Below are positions 27,501 through 36,172 of a DNA stretch of 64,000 bases, piece by piece. Below the pieces are notes generated by a model. It was not told the DNA's origin. It saw only the letters and a list, made by a program, of their open reading frames with translations, and ran no database searches. This stretch comes from Pirellula sp. (GTDB lineage: Bacteria; Planctomycetota; Planctomycetia; Pirellulales; PNKZ01): assembly GCA_013822735.1 (NCBI GenBank), contig PNKZ01000013.1, forward strand, positions 80,076 through 144,075. Direction: 5' to 3'. Each line of letters starts with the position of its first letter. Position 1 is the stretch's first letter. The translations under genes and the position numbers were made by a program.

Positions 27501-30500
27501 ATCAGGGTGATCGTCGGAACGGTTCCGGGAGTATAGGTGCCGGGATTCGTAATCACGATGCCGACGACCGCTCCGCCGCTAATGAGCGCATAGCCGGAGG
27601 CCGGCGTGCCGCCGGCAACGACGCCTGCGGTGCTAAACACGACTGCCGGAGCGCCCACATAGCCGCTGCCGCCGGTTACGGTGAGATTACTTTGCGTGAC
27701 GCCCGCGCCCGACGCGCCGACGAAGATGTTGGAAAGGGAACTGTTGGCGCCGTTGGAATCGAAGACGAGTCCGCCGGCGAAGTCTTGCGAATCGTCTCCC
27801 GTGGCCGACGTATTATCGACGGCTCCGAAGAGCGTGGCAGTATAGGTAATCCCTGCGGAGGACGCCGGAATCCAATTGGAAACGCCCACGCTCGTTTGTA
27901 GCGTACCGCCGACAAAATTGAGGTAGGCATTGTTGCCGCCGGCCGCGTTCACGCTCTGCGTGATGGCGGTTCCTACGCTCAAGGTACCGTCGGCCAGATT
28001 GATGAAGCCGGAGTTCCCGCTGCCGTTGGTGGTGCTATTACCGAAGCGGATACTGGTGCCGCCGACGGTGACGCTACCTCCCGCGACATTCAAAACACCG
28101 AAGGTGCCGCCGGCGGTCGTCGAGTTCATGAAGATGGCGAACGGCTGCGTGGCGCCGGTGTGATCAATCATGCCGTTGCCGGCTACGGTGATCTGCCCCA
28201 TGCTGTAGCCGTTGATAAACCATTCGCCGCCGGTGTGGTCGAGGAATCCGTCGCCGCCGACGTATACGACGCCCACCGAGGCGGTGGCCGTATCTAACGC
28301 GCTGCCGAGATTCGCGCTGCCGTTGACGTCAAAACGGTTAAGTACCTTGTAGACGCCCCCGGTGAGATTGAAGTAACCGTAGGAACCCGCGGCGCGCGCA
28401 ACATATTGAGAGTCGCCGGTGCCCGGGCTCAGCGTCACGGTGCCGGCCGTTTGGTTGTAGATCGCCACCGATCCGAGAATGTTGCCGCCGGTGGTGGCGA
28501 ACGCGGTGACGTTTCCGGAAACGTTGACGATCGTGTTGCCCGCCGTGCTCCCGTAACTGAGCGTCGACGCCGTCGTGTTGCCGGTCCACGTGCCGGTGAT
28601 GTTCAAAGTACCGGCGCTCAGGGTCGTGTTGCCGGTGTGCGAGTAGATGCCGCTTAAGGTGAACGTGCCGGAGCCGGTTTTGGCGATTCCCAAGGTTCCG
28701 GCTCCCGTATTCTGCGACGTCCCGCTGAAAATAGTGCTGGAGTTGTCGCCGCCGACGGTCAGCGTTCGATTCGCGGCACCGCCGTTTTCTACGAGGCCCG
28801 AGCCGGCAAGTGAGCCGATCGTGGTATTAAAGTTGTTCAGTCGCAACGTGGCTGCGGCGGCGAGGATGTGGGCCGACGTTTGGTTGAGGCCGTTGGTCGC
28901 CGCCGCCTGGAGAATGCCTGCGTTGATCGTCGTCGTGCCGACATAGGAGTTTGTGCCGCTGAGGGTCAGAATTCCGTCGCCGGATTTCGTGAGGTTGCCC
29001 GTGCCGGTTATGCCTCCGCTCGAAACGAGCGCCGTCAGCGCGTCGGCGACGGTCCATGTCTGACTCGCGCCCAGAATGATTGGCGCCGACAGTGTGATTG
29101 TCGGGGGGGCGCCGGTGGCCACATCGATTCCCGCCGTGGGCAATGTCGGCGTAATGGTCAACGTTCCGCCCGTCCCCGGCGCAATGGCGATCGACAATAG
29201 AGGTCCGGAGCCGACGGCGTTGTTGAACGCCAAGCTACCGATACTGAAGGCTCCGTCGAGCGTAGTGCTGAGCGTCGTAGCCGTCTGCGTGGTTGTGCTG
29301 AAGATTACGTCCGTCGCAATGCCGGGCGTACCGTTCGCATTCGTATTACCCGCGAGGTCCGTCGTCCAGTTCGTCGTGATACCGGTGTTTCCCCTCCAGC
29401 TGGAATTGATTCCGCCTTTCCAGTAGAAGTCGCCGGTGGAGGCCGCCGCGGCAAGTTGCACCAGCGTGTCGCTCGTGTTCAAGCCGAGCGTAACGCCCAA
29501 TAAAGTCCCGCCGAGGGATCCGAGCGAATAGGTTGCGCCGTTTAATCCGCCCGCGGCGGTGAGCAGATCGTAGTTGCCGGTACCGAAGCCGCTGAGTCCG
29601 GTGAGGTTGAAAACAATACTATTGGCGGTCGTCGCGGAAGCCGAGGTCGTGAAACGATCGTAAGCCGAGGTCGAGCCTAGTTCGAACGCGAGCGTCGTCG
29701 TGCCGGTACCTGCGCCAAGATTCAAAGCGCCGGAGCCGAGATCGACCGCCCAGCCGGCCGTGTTGACCAAATTGAGCGTGGCGCCCGCCGCGACCGTAAT
29801 GGCGTTGGTCGTGAGCGCGGCGCCCGCACCACCGGTGATGTTGAGCGTGCCGGCGGTAACCGTCGTGGCCCCGACATAGCCGATGCTCGAACCGCCGAGG
29901 GTGAGCGCCGACGTCGGGCTCATCTGCACGATATTTGTTACGTTGGAGCCGACGTTGGCGCTAATGGTCGTCGTGCCCGTGGCGATGCCGCGATTTGTGA
30001 TTGATCCGGAATGGTTGACCGCCAAGGTGGTCAGCGCTATGGCGCCCGTGGTCCCGTTGTTGCCGATCGAAAGATCGCCCGAGCCGGTGATGCCGCCGGA
30101 TACGGTGAATGTGCCGGTCGTTCCTTCCTTGGTAAGCAGCAAGTTATTGTTGAGCGTGATGCCGCCGCTGAGGTTGGGACTTCCCGTCGTCGTACCGCCG
30201 AAGATGGTCAGCAAGCCGCTGGTGCCGGCCGCAACCACGATCGGGTTCGCGTAGACGCCGCTATTGAAGAACGTCAGCGCGGCATTAGCGCTTCCCGTTG
30301 TGTCGCCCAACGTGATGACGTTGGTGCTCGCGCCGAACGTGTTGACATTGTTGCCGCCGACGACCGTTCCCGATTTGATCACGAGGCCGCCGGTAAAGGT
30401 GCTGGCGACGGCGCCCAAAGTCAGAACGCCGGAGCCGCGTTTGACGATGCCGACGTTGTTTTCGTCGGTCCCCGCACCGCCGATGATGCCGGAGAAGGTC

Positions 30501-33500
30501 GTGTTGGTGTTCTGATTGACGGTGAGCAGCGAAACTACGGGATTGCCGCCTACGAGCCCGCCCGCGCCCGACAACTCGCTAATCGATTGGTTGGATGCGC
30601 CGGCGACATTGCCGAGTTGCAATGCGCCGCCGGATACGACGACGCTCGTCGTGGTGAGGATGCGATCGTCGGCGCCGCCGGCCAGGATGAGTCGCCCCGC
30701 GGCGATGGTCGTCGCTCCGAGATAGGTCGTCGTCGCGCCGAGCGTCAGGTTGCCGGCGCCGGCTTTCGTCATCCCTCCCGTACCGCCGTTGCCGACGGCG
30801 TTGGCAAACGTGATATCGATGCTGTTCGTATCGAACGTTCCTCCGCCGATTCCCATCGACAATACTTTCGACGATGGATCGAAAACGCCGGCAAACTTCA
30901 ACGTGCCGCCGAAGAAGTTGAGAGCTCCCCCGCCCAGTTTTGCTAAGGCGTCCGTCTGCACGTTTCCTTGATTGAGGTAGATATCCGTAAACGCGTTGCT
31001 TACGTTGTCGAGCACGATCGTGCCGGCGCCCGACTTGACCAGCGGCACCGCCGACGTCAGCGGCGTCGTCAACGTCAGTACGCCGGTCGCTTCGGTGACG
31101 TACACGGTGTAGTCGCGACCGCCGCCCGTCGTCAGGGCGCTAATGCCCGCGATGCTGTGGGCTCCGGTGTTGGCGGCCAAAATGGCGCCTGAGAACACCT
31201 GCATGCTGCTCGCCGAGCCGGTCAAAGCGACTCCGGTCGCGGAATCGAGCACCAGGGAATTGATCGTGGTCGGAGTGTTGGTGATCGCCGCCGTGGCGGT
31301 GAAGCGAATGTTGTCGTTGAGCGATCCGGTGATCCCGATGTTGTCGTTGATGTATTCGTTCGTCAGATCCAGCGGCTTGATGCCGTTGGTGCCGTCTCCG
31401 GCGCGCACGAAACTGTTGCCCAGACCGGTATCGGTGACGGCGCCGACCATGTACGGGTAGACCGGAAAGGCGGTGCCCGACGTTCCATTGCCGACCGGCG
31501 CCAGAGTGAGCGTAGGGGCCGTCGTGAAGATGATCCGACCTCGATTGCCGGACGACGCGCCCAAATTGACGCCGCGGACCAGCACCGTGGCATGGCGGTC
31601 GACCGAGGCCAGCGTCCCGAACGTCAAAGTTCCTGCAACCGTGCCGGCGGCCGTCGCCCGGACGACGTTGTGCCCGGCGCCCAACGTCAACGAAGCGAGT
31701 GTTTCCGCGCCGGAGGTCGTTCCCGCGCTACGGGAATATGCGAATCCGATGCCGGTACCGGCCGTGTTGTAGAGAGTGAGCGTGGCATTGTCGTTGATCT
31801 TGTTGTTCGACGCCGTATTCTGATCGTTCAAGATCGACATGCCGCTCGCCGGGCCGTTGAGCACGATGGCGGCGATCCCCGTCAGCTGCGCGAAGTTCCC
31901 GCTCAGCGTCACTTGCCCCTGGTTCACCTGAAAGGTTCCCAGGAAATTGGACGAGTTGCTCTGGAAGGTGAATGTGCTTGCGCCCGATTTCACCAAAGTA
32001 CCCGCATTGGTGCTGGTGACGATGCCGGAAAAGGTGTCGTTGCCGGTTTGATTAAATGTGAGTCGGTTGCCGTTGAGACGGATTTCATTCACGATTCCCG
32101 TTTGGTTCAAGCCGCCGGTTTCGATGAATCCGATCGTCTCGTCGCTTAGCAGCTCAAAAACGGAACCTTGGCTCGCACCGAAGACGAGGGACGATGCGTC
32201 GCCGAAGGCGTTGCCGCCGGACACTTGCAACGTGCCGCTCATAATACTGGTGACGCCGGTATAGTTATTGTTCGATCCGCTGAGCCGCAGCGTGCCGTTG
32301 CCGACCTTGGAAATGGTCGTGGCTCCGGAAAAAGCGGAAGCAACTTCCAACACTTGAGCGGGAGAGTCGACGGTAAAAATCAACTCGTTGCCGGTGTTCG
32401 ACGACAACCGTCCGCCGGTTATGAGCGACAAGCCCGCCGTGACGTTGCTCGTTTGCAGAATGCCGCCGCTATCGATGCGCAATAGTCCGCCGGAACTAAT
32501 GGTTACGGTCGAAGGCCCCGCGGCGTTGAAGCGGAGGCTGGCAATCGTCGTTTCTAAATCCAGCGTGCCGGTGAATCCGGACGAATCCGAGATATTTTGC
32601 CCTCCGCTCCACAACGTTACGTTGTCTTGAAGGGTCGATGTCACGCCGACGATGTTTCCGCCGAGGTTCGTCGCGAAATTAGTGGCTCCCAGCTCGTCCG
32701 TCACGGTGGCAAACGGGCCGATCAAACCGTTGGCGTCATTAGCCTGAGTCGTAAGGATACCGTTCGCGGCGTTCTGCGTTCCGCTCGGAAGATTGAAACG
32801 AATTGCTCCGGAGCTCGCGGCCCGACTGATCGCTCCGACGCTCATCGCGATCTGTTGCGAATTCCGCGGCGAGAGCGTGATCGTGCTGAATCCGGCCCCG
32901 GTGAGCGTCAGGCTGGAGGCGTTTTGCGTTGTGGCGGCCGAAGCGTTGCCGAGCAACACCAACGTTCCGCCTCCCATCGTCAGAGCACCCGAACTGAGCT
33001 TCGCATTATTGTCCGTGGCAAAGTCGAGCCAAGTGATGCCGGCGTTGAACGTATTGGCCCCCGTCGTCGTGTTTGTTCCGGTGATGCGCAGATTGCCGCC
33101 GCCCGTCTTGGTGATGCCGCCGCCCGTACCGCTGATGGGACCGAGAATCGTCAGTTCCGCTTCGCTCGCTTCGACGGCCGTGCTGTCGGCAACGCTCACC
33201 GTGGTGACGGCGTTGATCACCAGCCCGCCTGCCGAAGCATCGAGCAGCGCCGCTTGAGGGTTGCCCGAATTGCCGACGGAGAGTGCTCCCGAGAGCGTTA
33301 GGATCCCGGTACCGGTGGTCAACGTTCCTTGGCTCGTGGCGCCGGTCGACGTCCCGTAGAACGTGAGAGCGGCGGCAGTAAAATTGAAGTTGTTCAAGTC
33401 CAACAGGGCAGGCCCGGTGCCGTTGCCGACGAACACCGTGCCGGTGCTGGCCAGCGCGTTGGCATTGCCGAAGCGCAGCGTCCCGCTCGTGACGACCTTA

Positions 33501-35956
33501 TTCCCCGTCCAAGGATTCGGTGCGCTGAGCGTCAAGACGAGCGTCCCCGTACCGGTCTTGCTCATGGCGTGCCCCGCCGCGCCGGTAAACGTGCCGGTGA
33601 ACGTCGTCGAAGTATTGTCGCCGCCGAAGGTCACCGTCCGCGCGGTGCCCGTCCCGCCGGCGATTGTTCCCGAGCCGGAAATAGAGCCGACCGTCTCGTT
33701 GCCGCTGGCGAAATCCCAGGTAGCCCCCGAAGCGATGACCAGCGGCGACACATCGGAAAGCATATCCGCCGCGCCATTCTTCAACGTTCCTTCGTTGAGG
33801 AACGTCGTCCCCAAATAACCGGCCGTGGTTCCATTGAGGATAAGAACGCCCGGCCCCAGCTTGATGAGTCCGCCGCCGCCCGTAACCGCCCCTTGAAGAG
33901 TGAGGGTTGTGAGGGAGTTCGTCACGTCGATGGTCGCATTACCGCCGGGCAACGTGTAGGTATGGCCGCCGGCGCCCGTGTCGGCAATCGTTCCCGTAGC
34001 GCCCGTGTACTGCAGCGTCGCGCCCTGGCCGATCGTGACGACCGTTGCCGCGCCGGCGCCGAGGCTTCCCGCGCCGCCTGATGTAACGTTGCTGAAGCTG
34101 AGAATGCCGCCGCTGACGAACACGCCCCCGGTGGCGCTGTTGACCCCGGTAAGCGTGAGTTTGCCCGGGCCCGTCTTGGTTAGAATTTGGTTCCCGACGC
34201 CGGAGCCGATATTTGCGCTAAGGGTGAGGTTGCCGGTACCGTAGTGGTGAATGAGGATTTCGGAGTTGCTGCCGAGCGAGCTATTGAGCGCGCCGCCCGA
34301 ACCGCCGATGGTGTAATCGTTCGCTCCGGTGAACAGGAGGCCCCCCGCGGTGAGCGTGAGATTGTTCAAACCAAGGTCCAACGACTGGCCCGCGGCGTCG
34401 GCGTTGATCTTCAAGGTGTTCGTCGTCCAAGGGCTGGCGAGCGCCGTGATTTGATTGACGATCGCGGAATCAATGCGCGAGTTATTGGTATCCGTTCCGC
34501 CCGGAGTGAGGCCCGCCACGTCGAAATACGAACCGGAAGCCAGGGCAATCGTGTTCGTCGTCGCGCCGGTGTTAATTGCCCAGTTGTAATTGGTGCCGTC
34601 GGGCGTAAAGAGCAGGCGGGCATTAACCGTGGTAAACGCCGTACCCAAGCGCACATTGGTGTTCGCGGGCGCGTTAATCAAGAGCGTGCCGCCGGCCGCC
34701 GTCGCGGTGACGGCGAGGGTCGTAAGTTGCGTGCCGATGGCACTACCGTTGGCGTCCATGATGATCGCGCCGCCCGTCGCGCCGATGGTCAAGGCACCGA
34801 CCGTTTGCGCAATAGCGGCGCCGCTGTTGCGGCCGCGCACTTCGAGGTTGCCGCCGGCGATGGTGATCGGAGTACCCGCCAACATGCTCGTCAAAGAGCC
34901 CGCGGAGAAATCGAGGCGCAATGCGCCTCCGTTGATGACCGTGGCGCCGGTATAGGTGCTGGCCGCCGTCGGCGCGAGCGTCAGCGTTCCGGCGCCGGTC
35001 TTCGTGATGGCCATTCGAGAAACGGTCGTCGGAAGGAACCGTCCGGAAAACGTCGTACTGGTATCATCACGTCCGATCGTGAAGATGCGCGTGGCCGAGG
35101 CCGTGCTGGTCGTAACCGTGCCGCCGCCGGAAAGCGAGCCGATGGTCGTTGCCGTATTCAGGTAATCGAGCGTCGCACCTGCGGCGACGGTGACCGCGGA
35201 ACGTGCGGGCAGGGCCGCGGCATTGCTGATCTGCAACGTTCCATTGCTGACGAGCGTCGCGCCCGAATAGGTGTTTGCTCCCGAGAGAAGAAACGTCCCG
35301 CTACCTGTCTTGGTCAGTCCTCCGCCGGTGCCGATCACGCCGGATATCGTCGTTACGCCGGGGCCGGTGCCGGTCAGGGTGATGTCGGAGTTGATCGAAC
35401 GTAAGCCGCCGGAAATCGTCAGCGTGCCGCTGGAGTTATTGGTGATCGTCAGCGCGTCGTAGAACTGGATGTTCGTGGAGATCGTATCGGCGCCTCCCGT
35501 AAGCTTGTTGAGCAACACCGGCCCGCTCACGGCGTCGAGATGGAGATAACCGCCGGCCAGCGCAAACGTATCGGTGCCCGCGGCATCGCCGATGTTGAGC
35601 GTCCCCAAGACAATCGGTTGATCGAGGTTGATCGTTTGATTGCCGAGGATATCGATATTCAAATTCGCCGTATCGCCGACCGCGTCCGGAAATCCGGCGG
35701 GGGACCAGTTTGCGTTCGTAGGCCACGAATACGTACCTGCTGCGGTTTGATTCCACGTATAGGTCGCGGCGCGCAGGGGAAGACCTGCGACAGAAGTCGC
35801 GCAAACAGCGGCGAAGACGGCGACACGATGGAACTGCCGTTGCCAAGCGCGGCGCCGCATTGAGCGATGGCGCAGCCGGACGGCGCACGTTGCCGCACTC
35901 CATACAGGCGCAATGCGATGGAGACTTGGGCAGACATGGTCAGATAGATACTTCAT
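21503..35956 (-). CDS. Giant (4817 aa) beta-helix surface protein with autotransporter-associated beta-strand repeats and PEP-CTERM anchor (giant B)
   Basis: Same repeat type as giant A. Signal peptide ends PLRA-ATYTWN. C-terminus is YSAVPEPGSLL + TM + RRRKRK. Confidence 0.92.
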   Translation of the reverse strand: MKYLSDHVCPSLHRIAPVWSAATCAVRLRHRSMRRRAWQRQFHRVAVFAAVCATSVAGLPLRAATYTWNQTAAGTYSWPTNANWSPAGFPDAVGDTANLNIDILGNQTINLDQPIVLGTLNIGDAAGTDTFALAGGYLHLDAVSGPVLLNKLTGGADTISTNIQFYDALTITNNSSGTLTISGGLRSINSDITLTGTGPGVTTISGVIGTGGGLTKTGSGTFLLSGANTYSGATLVSNGTLQISNAAALPARSAVTVAAGATLDYLNTATTIGSLSGGGTVTTSTASATRIFTIGRDDTSTTFSGRFLPTTVSRMAITKTGAGTLTLAPTAASTYTGATVINGGALRLDFSAGSLTSMLAGTPITIAGGNLEVRGRNSGAAIAQTVGALTIGATGGAIIMDANGSAIGTQLTTLAVTATAAGGTLLINAPANTNVRLGTAFTTVNARLLFTPDGTNYNWAINTGATTNTIALASGSYFDVAGLTPGGTDTNNSRIDSAIVNQITALASPWTTNTLKINADAAGQSLDLGLNNLTLTAGGLLFTGANDYTIGGSGGALNSSLGSNSEILIHHYGTGNLTLSANIGSGVGNQILTKTGPGKLTLTGVNSATGGVFVSGGILSFSNVTSGGAGSLGAGAATVVTIGQGATLQYTGATGTIADTGAGGHTYTLPGGNATIDVTNSLTTLTLQGAVTGGGGLIKLGPGVLILNGTTAGYLGTTFLNEGTLKNGAADMLSDVSPLVIASGATWDFASGNETVGSISGSGTIAGGTGTARTVTFGGDNTSTTFTGTFTGAAGHAMSKTGTGTLVLTLSAPNPWTGNKVVTSGTLRFGNANALASTGTVFVGNGTGPALLDLNNFNFTAAALTFYGTSTGATSQGTLTTGTGILTLSGALSVGNSGNPQAALLDASAGGLVINAVTTVSVADSTAVEASEAELTILGPISGTGGGITKTGGGNLRITGTNTTTGANTFNAGITWLDFATDNNAKLSSGALTMGGGTLVLLGNASAATTQNASSLTLTGAGFSTITLSPRNSQQIAMSVGAISRAASSGAIRFNLPSGTQNAANGILTTQANDANGLIGPFATVTDELGATNFATNLGGNIVGVTSTLQDNVTLWSGGQNISDSSGFTGTLDLETTIASLRFNAAGPSTVTISSGGLLRIDSGGILQTSNVTAGLSLITGGRLSSNTGNELIFTVDSPAQVLEVASAFSGATTISKVGNGTLRLSGSNNNYTGVTSIMSGTLQVSGGNAFGDASSLVFGASQGSVFELLSDETIGFIETGGLNQTGIVNEIRLNGNRLTFNQTGNDTFSGIVTSTNAGTLVKSGASTFTFQSNSSNFLGTFQVNQGQVTLSGNFAQLTGIAAIVLNGPASGMSILNDQNTASNNKINDNATLTLYNTAGTGIGFAYSRSAGTTSGAETLASLTLGAGHNVVRATAAGTVAGTLTFGTLASVDRHATVLVRGVNLGASSGNRGRIIFTTAPTLTLAPVGNGTSGTAFPVYPYMVGAVTDTGLGNSFVRAGDGTNGIKPLDLTNEYINDNIGITGSLNDNIRFTATAAITNTPTTINSLVLDSATGVALTGSASSMQVFSGAILAANTGAHSIAGISALTTGGGRDYTVYVTEATGVLTLTTPLTSAVPLVKSGAGTIVLDNVSNAFTDIYLNQGNVQTDALAKLGGGALNFFGGTLKFAGVFDPSSKVLSMGIGGGTFDTNSIDITFANAVGNGGTGGMTKAGAGNLTLGATTTYLGATTIAAGRLILAGGADDRILTTTSVVVSGGALQLGNVAGASNQSISELSGAGGLVGGNPVVSLLTVNQNTNTTFSGIIGGAGTDENNVGIVKRGSGVLTLGAVASTFTGGLVIKSGTVVGGNNVNTFGASTNVITLGDTTGSANAALTFFNSGVYANPIVVAAGTSGLLTIFGGTTTGSPNLSGGITLNNNLLLTKEGTTGTFTVSGGITGSGDLSIGNNGTTGAIALTTLAVNHSGSITNRGIATGTTTISANVGSNVTNIVQMSPTSALTLGGSSIGYVGATTVTAGTLNITGGAGAALTTNAITVAAGATLNLVNTAGWAVDLGSGALNLGAGTGTTTLAFELGSTSAYDRFTTSASATTANSIVFNLTGLSGFGTGNYDLLTAAGGLNGATYSLGSLGGTLLGVTLGLNTSDTLVQLAAAASTGDFYWKGGINSSWRGNTGITTNWTTDLAGNTNANGTPGIATDVIFSTTTQTATTLSTTLDGAFSIGSLAFNNAVGSGPLLSIAIAPGTGGTLTITPTLPTAGIDVATGAPPTITLSAPIILGASQTWTVADALTALVSSGGITGTGNLTKSGDGILTLSGTNSYVGTTTINAGILQAAATNGLNQTSAHILAAAATLRLNNFNTTIGSLAGSGLVENGGAANRTLTVGGDNSSTIFSGTSQNTGAGTLGIAKTGSGTFTLSGIYSHTGNTTLSAGTLNITGTWTGNTTASTLSYGSTAGNTIVNVSGNVTAFATTGGNILGSVAIYNQTAGTVTLSPGTGDSQYVARAAGSYGYFNLTGGVYKVLNRFDVNGSANLGSALDTATASVGVVYVGGDGFLDHTGGEWFINGYSMGQITVAGNGMIDHTGATQPFAIFMNSTTAGGTFGVLNVAGGSVTVGGTSIRFGNSTTNGSGNSGFINLADGTLSVGTAITQSVNAAGGNNAYLNFVGGTLQTSVGVSNWIPASSAGITYTATLFGAVDNTSATGDDSQDFAGGLVFDSNGANSSLSNIFVGASGAGVTQSNLTVTGGSGYVGAPAVVFSTAGVVAGGTPASGYALISGGAVVGIVITNPGTYTPGTVPTITLMGGGGTGAAVTAGALNTANVSGGLTKINGGTLTLSGANTYTGGTTITGGILALGAAGVLADTGNVTINGGTFDVATFAETVGTVSLQSGSINGTTGILTASADYDLRSGTVAAILAGGVGVIKSTVGTVTLGGLNTFSGPVNVNSGVLAFSTSGNLGNASATNTVAVNGGTLRYTASTTLDLGANRVLTVAAAGATLDVTSSTGVLQFSAGVDAASSGSLIKLGPGTVILANTTNLNGGAVTVSDGALRAGFGVGGISALTVGASGVMNFGNGAVQALGGLSGLTLANGSRLAFELDALLSDSLAVTNPAVVSGTVILDFINFGAGVSATTYNLISAPSGLLGANFVLGAGINGWNLVINRTDSLVSLTASPFLPIYWRGGQNASWNTLGAGTANWTSDSNGTVDSAHKPLPSETVVFSALGTPFTSTTVITTTLDAAFTIDSLVFDSVPAGVTAVTINPGTGGTLELAPVSSSSGIEIRNNAGTITIAAPLTASSPQTWQVSAVGASLVVSGNTTFTSSVNKTGAGMLTLSGANSGAGGITLTDGTLNINTATALGTGTLVIGSGTTINNSSGAAVTLSTNNVQTWNGNFTFTGTQSLNLGAGGVTLTNNTVVTGAAGTLTVGGAIGQSGGNRGLGKAGAGTLVLNGANTYDGLTDLSGGILTLNGDNTDATGGVMMAAATTLNINHAGALGTGLFTINGGIINNLSGAAIVNANNNSQVWNGSFVFTGGSSYNLGTGSVLLGANVTVTTTANTLTVGGVINDGINSFNLNKDGAGTLVLSGLSNNAADNYSGTTTLVGGTTTIATNTSLSGGLTFGTSAGTIVSTLDLSSANLTIGGAMLVQTNSSSQNTITLGAGRTLTNNANVTIGSAGTGTNARLTVAGATSAWNVSGTNLTFRVGGSSTATGTVILTMTNLGSFTTDLGTAGAFRVGSADGGSATDTNTALLAVNSTIQAGTLDVGGTTTRAGTATLTMGTGQTNLFANTFNIGSFLASGTTALRSSGAVNFANPTQGSVTVRGENGTAAATLNMINSTTNTGTSMTSTLSLAGHSADLLLGTLTMASRNPTANTTTQTNVSTLTFDQGTFAATTAVLSNRAGSSFTTGGTTANLTLGGTTAGTTVTLGTVTMSQNSASTADSSGNAAATIDIGGIGTTSITTLNMGSVTLSGVNATGGSSATVNIAGSTTTIGAINMAVNSATAAVTTVTTAASTLNISAGTVNVTGNISMGNTTVNALNVITNTINITGGSLTVGGNIAYTNGLGVENVTLALNGGLLDMTSGNIGAAGAFITFNAQSGTLRNLAELNAGGATVNATLDKTTTGTLLLDTLNSYTGFTTVTAGVLQIRHGSALGGTARGTTVAGTGAALEISNNITTLAEALTLNGTGISDDGALRSAAGNNTYAGNITLASAARINSNGAGDTLTLDVASGNAVTGADVDLTFGGIGNIIVADAIALGAGGLTKDGVGILSLNVANNYAGLTTVSAGVLAVAHGGALGGTTNGTSVAAGGTLSLSGNITVAGELLSLSAGAGGNAALNNQSGNNTWTGNLTVDTGTDGANRAVLNSDAGTLTISGDVNLAAGAQDFVLRGDGNGEISGQITGGQRLFKSSVGTGTWILSGDNSVTFTGRTSVGNGTLQIASEANLGASPGAFAANQLTLGGGATKGTLKTTGSTSLSANRGVTLSAGGGAFDVAAATKLTVNSGVTGAGALFKESTGILVLNGTNNYAGSTTVNAGVLTVNGTLAGSDVLVAAGATLNGGAPAATPGAAINAAAAITIAAGGSPAAGGQLSAGANDAGNNGNGVGRLDVGTGGIVLGNNSSLVFDFNQAVGVEGTNWDYLNVAGTVTLGTNLTLYIDSWTLNNAAYGKNEGGNAPGPNDFNPEQPFADAYQWKWMTTNGILGQNEIDNGNYTYLANFNVVDSRAGTGVFSNTAYGPGTIGGQFWVSAVGNSLYVNYSAVPEPGSLLLISLAGIGFAGYRRRKRKLDADVESSQSESIASK

Positions 35957-36144
35957 CTAGTTCCGTACTCCATGAGCACTCACCAACATCAAAGGCATTC
36001 GCACGCCGGGCGGGATCGATCTTCGCGACCTTCGTTTCGAACTTGCTAAGAAGTCAGATTCGACTCCCAAAGAGGTCATCTGGGCACATCGTCCAGATCG
36101 CGATTTTTTTAGTTTTTTACTTACGAAACAGGCAACTATCGCCC

Positions 36145-36172
36145 ACTATAAGCCCCTTGAACGAGCGGTCAA
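36145..36172 (-). promoter_or_regulatory. Putative sigma70-type promoter of giant B
   Basis: Minus strand TTGACC-GCTCGTTCAAGGGGCT(16)-TATAGT, near-consensus; homologous to 19729-19756. Confidence 0.65.

Noticed and set aside
6395-35863. Numerous 60-400 aa plus-strand ORFs (MLPVP...-type) inside the two giant genes
   Set aside because: They are antisense shadows of repetitive, GC-rich coding sequence, with no independent motifs.
5842-35956. Calling the giants classical type Va autotransporters
   Set aside because: There is no C-terminal beta-barrel or terminal aromatic residue; they end in PEP-CTERM.
5842-35956. Diversity-generating retroelement, or recent gene conversion between the paralogues
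   Set aside because: No reverse transcriptase, and no near-identical TR/VR pair differing at adenines was seen. Similarity is at protein level, with many synonymous differences.
5521-35956. bldA-like control of the giants by the adjacent tRNA-Leu(UAA), since both contain several TTA codons
   Set aside because: leuA also has a TTA codon and the giants are very long. Without genome-wide codon counts, no enrichment can be claimed.
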